Source of the DNA: Camelus dromedarius | Lineage: Eukaryota | Assembly (NCBI RefSeq): GCF_036321535.1 | Contig: NC_087437.1 | Span: forward strand, 34,102,001-34,166,000 | Length of the DNA stretch: 64,000 nucleotides | Reading direction: 5' to 3' | Part shown: positions 61,061-64,000 of the stretch, piece by piece | Layout: each line of letters starts with the position of its first letter | Position numbering within the stretch: the first letter of the stretch is position 1 | Notes under the pieces: generated by a model | What the model was told of the DNA's origin: nothing | Databases searched by the model: none | What the model saw: only the letters and a program-made list of their open reading frames with translations | Position numbers and translations under genes: made by a program

Positions 61061-62899
61061 CATTGTCAGCAGCTGTTACCAGTAATCAGCAAAATCGCCC
61101 TTCCCCAAATCACGCCTAGCCAGAGGAATAATTGGGTGCAAATTCCCCTAAACACAGTCAGAAAAAAGTACCAAGCTTCCCTGTTGAATAAAACTGTTTG
61201 AATAGCTGAAGTCACTCAATCATTGTAGCCACACAGAGCCTCAGTATTCTAAAAATAGTAGCCGATTTGGTTTCCACCTGGAAAGAAGAGGGTCTTCTAA
61301 ACGGTGTTTTCTGCCCTTTATACCGTATTTAAATAACGATATAATTTTTCTTTATTATTTCAAGGGAAAAGATTTATTTAAGGGCCAATGTCTCAAATTT
61401 GGATTTTTTTTCTCCAGCAAGAGAGGGAATTAACATAAACAGCTTTGTAATTAATTATCATAAACAGGTCTCATAATCATCAATCTACTACATTTTGGTC
61501 ATAGCCTCTCAAAAGAGATCAATGTTTAAATTTTTTTTTTTAAAAAGTCCCTGAGCAACTTAACAAAGAAGTTATTCCAATTAATTTGACAGATCTGCTG
61601 GAACTTTGCTTAGAATTCAGTGAGTTTTTTGTTTGGCTGTCCCCAGAATTTTTGGTTGAGATGATCCCAAGGTAAATGAAATCAGCTGTAGAAAGTTGTT
61701 TATCAGATAGATGCCCTAAAACTGTTGCGTGAAATTGGTTTTGTTCTATTCAAATCCCAAACAGACCCATTTCAATTGCTTTATGAGAATACATTTGCCT
61801 AATCTTTTTATAGAGCTAGATATTTACTGGGTGTGGAAACATTAGTACTCAGCTTCTAGAGAGACACTACTCAAAACTGTCCTGTGTCCATTGTCTAAAA
61901 GGATATTACCACCAGTGGGATAAATACATGGAATGTGTTCTAAATTCTTTGGAGTTTCTTGACACTGGGTAAATTTGTGTCATTGTTTAGGAGAGAAACA
62001 CTGGGGTATTTCATGCTGTGAAAACAACAGAGGAAATAAAATTGTAGGCTATCAGAGGAGGTCCTGGCTCCTGCTTTCAGCTGGAGTTTCTTCTCTGGAA
62101 GTCTACTAAACAAAAAGCTTTGGTCTGATGCCAAAGGTAGCATTTGGGAACAGAAAACTGATTCAACTCTTCCCTTTCTGAAGTTCAATTTTGCCCAGTG
62201 TATTCCTGTCCTATTTCTTTCTCCCTACTCCGAGAGCAGTGTTATCAGATCCTGTAAGTTTGCCACACAATGGGTCCCAAACAAACAGAGATATATGAAA
62301 ACAAACAGTTGGGTTTAGATATCTTCCTGTCCAACTGTTTTGGCCAGAAAAGATGGGTAATTCCTGCTGTGAGATAGATTAGAGAAAAGTTCTAACTTAG
62401 CATTGTCCAGAACCTGAATCAGGAAAAGGCTCCCCTTCCTCCCCGCTGCAGTGCGTATCACAGCTTGACAAGCAAAGCATAGGATCGATTTTTGCCCCAG
62501 ACTGTCTCTTTGCCTGCACAACCGTACTGTGTAACTGCAGATTTCGTTTTCACAAGTGCCAGATGTGTTGCTGAATTCTTACAATAACACAAGAAAATCA
62601 ACAGGGACAAATGACAAAATATAACCTCAGACCTCAGCTCTGATCTGGAAATCAAAATGTTTTATCGTGAATCTGCACATGCCCAGCTCTGTGCAAGGCC
62701 TGCAGGGGATACAAACGGAAAAGAAGGATTCTAGGAGCTCCAGAAGGATGCTATGGCATAAAGGTCTCTCTGTGTGTTTCTCATTGCTTGTTATAGATTT
62801 AGGGGGAAGGGGAGAGAAGGATTATCATATTATCTTCTCAATAATAGGAACTTGTTTAAAGTTCTACGCTTCTGTTAAGAATGACCTCAAGCATTCAAC

Positions 62900-63035
62900 C
62901 ACATGGATTCAAATCCCAGCACTGCTACTTGTTAGCGACATGACTTTCAGTTACTGACTTAGACACACTGTTCCTCAGTTTCCTCATCTGTAAAAAGAAG
63001 GATAATAATAGTAATGCCTACCTTATAGGTCATTA
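62900..63035 (+). mobile_element. MIR
   Basis: GGATTCAAATCCCAGCACTGC...CCTCAGTTTCCTCATCTGTAAAA. Confidence 0.8.
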
Positions 63036-63194
63036 TCATTATTCTATGTCCATCACAGCTCTTCTAGTACCAAGGACAGTATATTATTTTAAAAAAGGAG
63101 AGCACCATCAGTTGTCACAACCACTCTGAATGAAGTTGAGCTTCAACTTTGGAACTCTGAACAGACCCTGTATTTAAAATGGCTATTTGGTTTC

Positions 63195-64000
63195 TATTTC
63201 CAGCTATGGCAGGCTAGCCTGTAGCGAGAAAATCCCCTCATAAGAACAACCAGAAGAGCCAAACAAAAAAATTTTTTTAATGTCTTAAAACATTAAAGAG
63301 CCACCAAGGCAGCCAGGGCTTGAAGAGTCAAGATCTCTGAAAGAAGGAAAACTCACTGAGATCAGCCTAAGAATCTACAGTCCCCACTGAGTCATCTGCT
63401 GACTCATACGCATAGTGGGTACAGGACAGAGGAGCTGAGCAGAAAGTGGCTGTTAAAAAGTGGAAAAGGTGAGTAGAGGTTTTGGCATACTCACTGGAGA
63501 AACAAATAGTGAAGCTCAGGGCCACCAAAGTAACCAGCACTTGAGAAGCCAAGATCTTGGAGGGAAAGAAAGTGCAGAGAAGTGATTTAAATAGAATTGT
63601 TTGCTTTTTCCCTCCACATGGCTGCTGATTAGTAAGCACAATAGGCTAAAAGTTAAAAAGACAGAACAAAAAGCAGCCGTTAGGGGACTGAGAAACTGAA
63701 CAGAGCTAATGACAGTACACGGTGCTGGATAAATAAGCATTAGCATTTAGGGCCTACCAAAGCAGAGGGGCCTTGGTAAACACCTCCTGCTTTCAGCTGG
63801 AACTGCTGGGAAGACATCCTAGAAATAAGGGTAAATAGATACAGACCAGCCTTTGTCAAGGTTTAAAACTCAGCCCCAAATCATCTCATTCCCTGATTGG
63901 TTTAAGGTGCTCTGCTTAAAATCTGCCTGCCTGCCAGAGTTAACATCACTGCGTTTATATAACTTTTTATACTCAATGTCTGGCATTCAATCAAAAATTA
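63195..64000 (+). mobile_element. Ancient L1 5' region (runs to window end)
   Basis: TTCCAGCTATGGCAGGCTAG...TCATCTCATTCCCTGATTGG...TCAATGTCTGGCATTCAATCAAAAATTA, resembling L1M 5' sequence. Confidence 0.55.

Noticed and set aside
1..64000. CRISPR arrays, operons, rRNA or other prokaryotic systems
   Set aside because: The sequence is clearly mammalian, and there are no regularly spaced direct repeats or rRNA-like segments

Overview
Mammalian genomic DNA, most likely a camelid (alpaca, llama or camel). This rests on nine copies of a tRNA-Ala-headed SINE resembling the camelid vic-1 family. The window is repeat-dominated intergenic or intronic sequence: L1 3' fragments with target-site duplications (TSDs), ancient L1/L2/MIR, MaLR (MLT1) and ERV solo LTRs, hAT-type remnants and microsatellites. 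I recognise no host protein-coding gene. The only recognisable peptides are decayed L1 ORF2 C-termini. The most notable items are: (i) a cluster of well-formed minus-strand splice signals at about 24.6-25.6 kb suggesting an unannotated spliced transcript; (ii) two same-family, same-orientation solo LTRs about 9.3 kb apart that bracket that cluster, one keeping the TATA box and the other the AATAAA; (iii) a solitary poly(A) insertion with a TSD, 21 nt downstream of a genomic AATAAA; (iv) an orphan CpG-island-like segment at 36.5-37.95 kb; (v) several resolvable nested insertions. Repeat family names come from remembered consensus sequences, not a database search, and boundaries without TSDs are approximate. 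I see no firm evidence of a novel biological system; the findings are testable leads.
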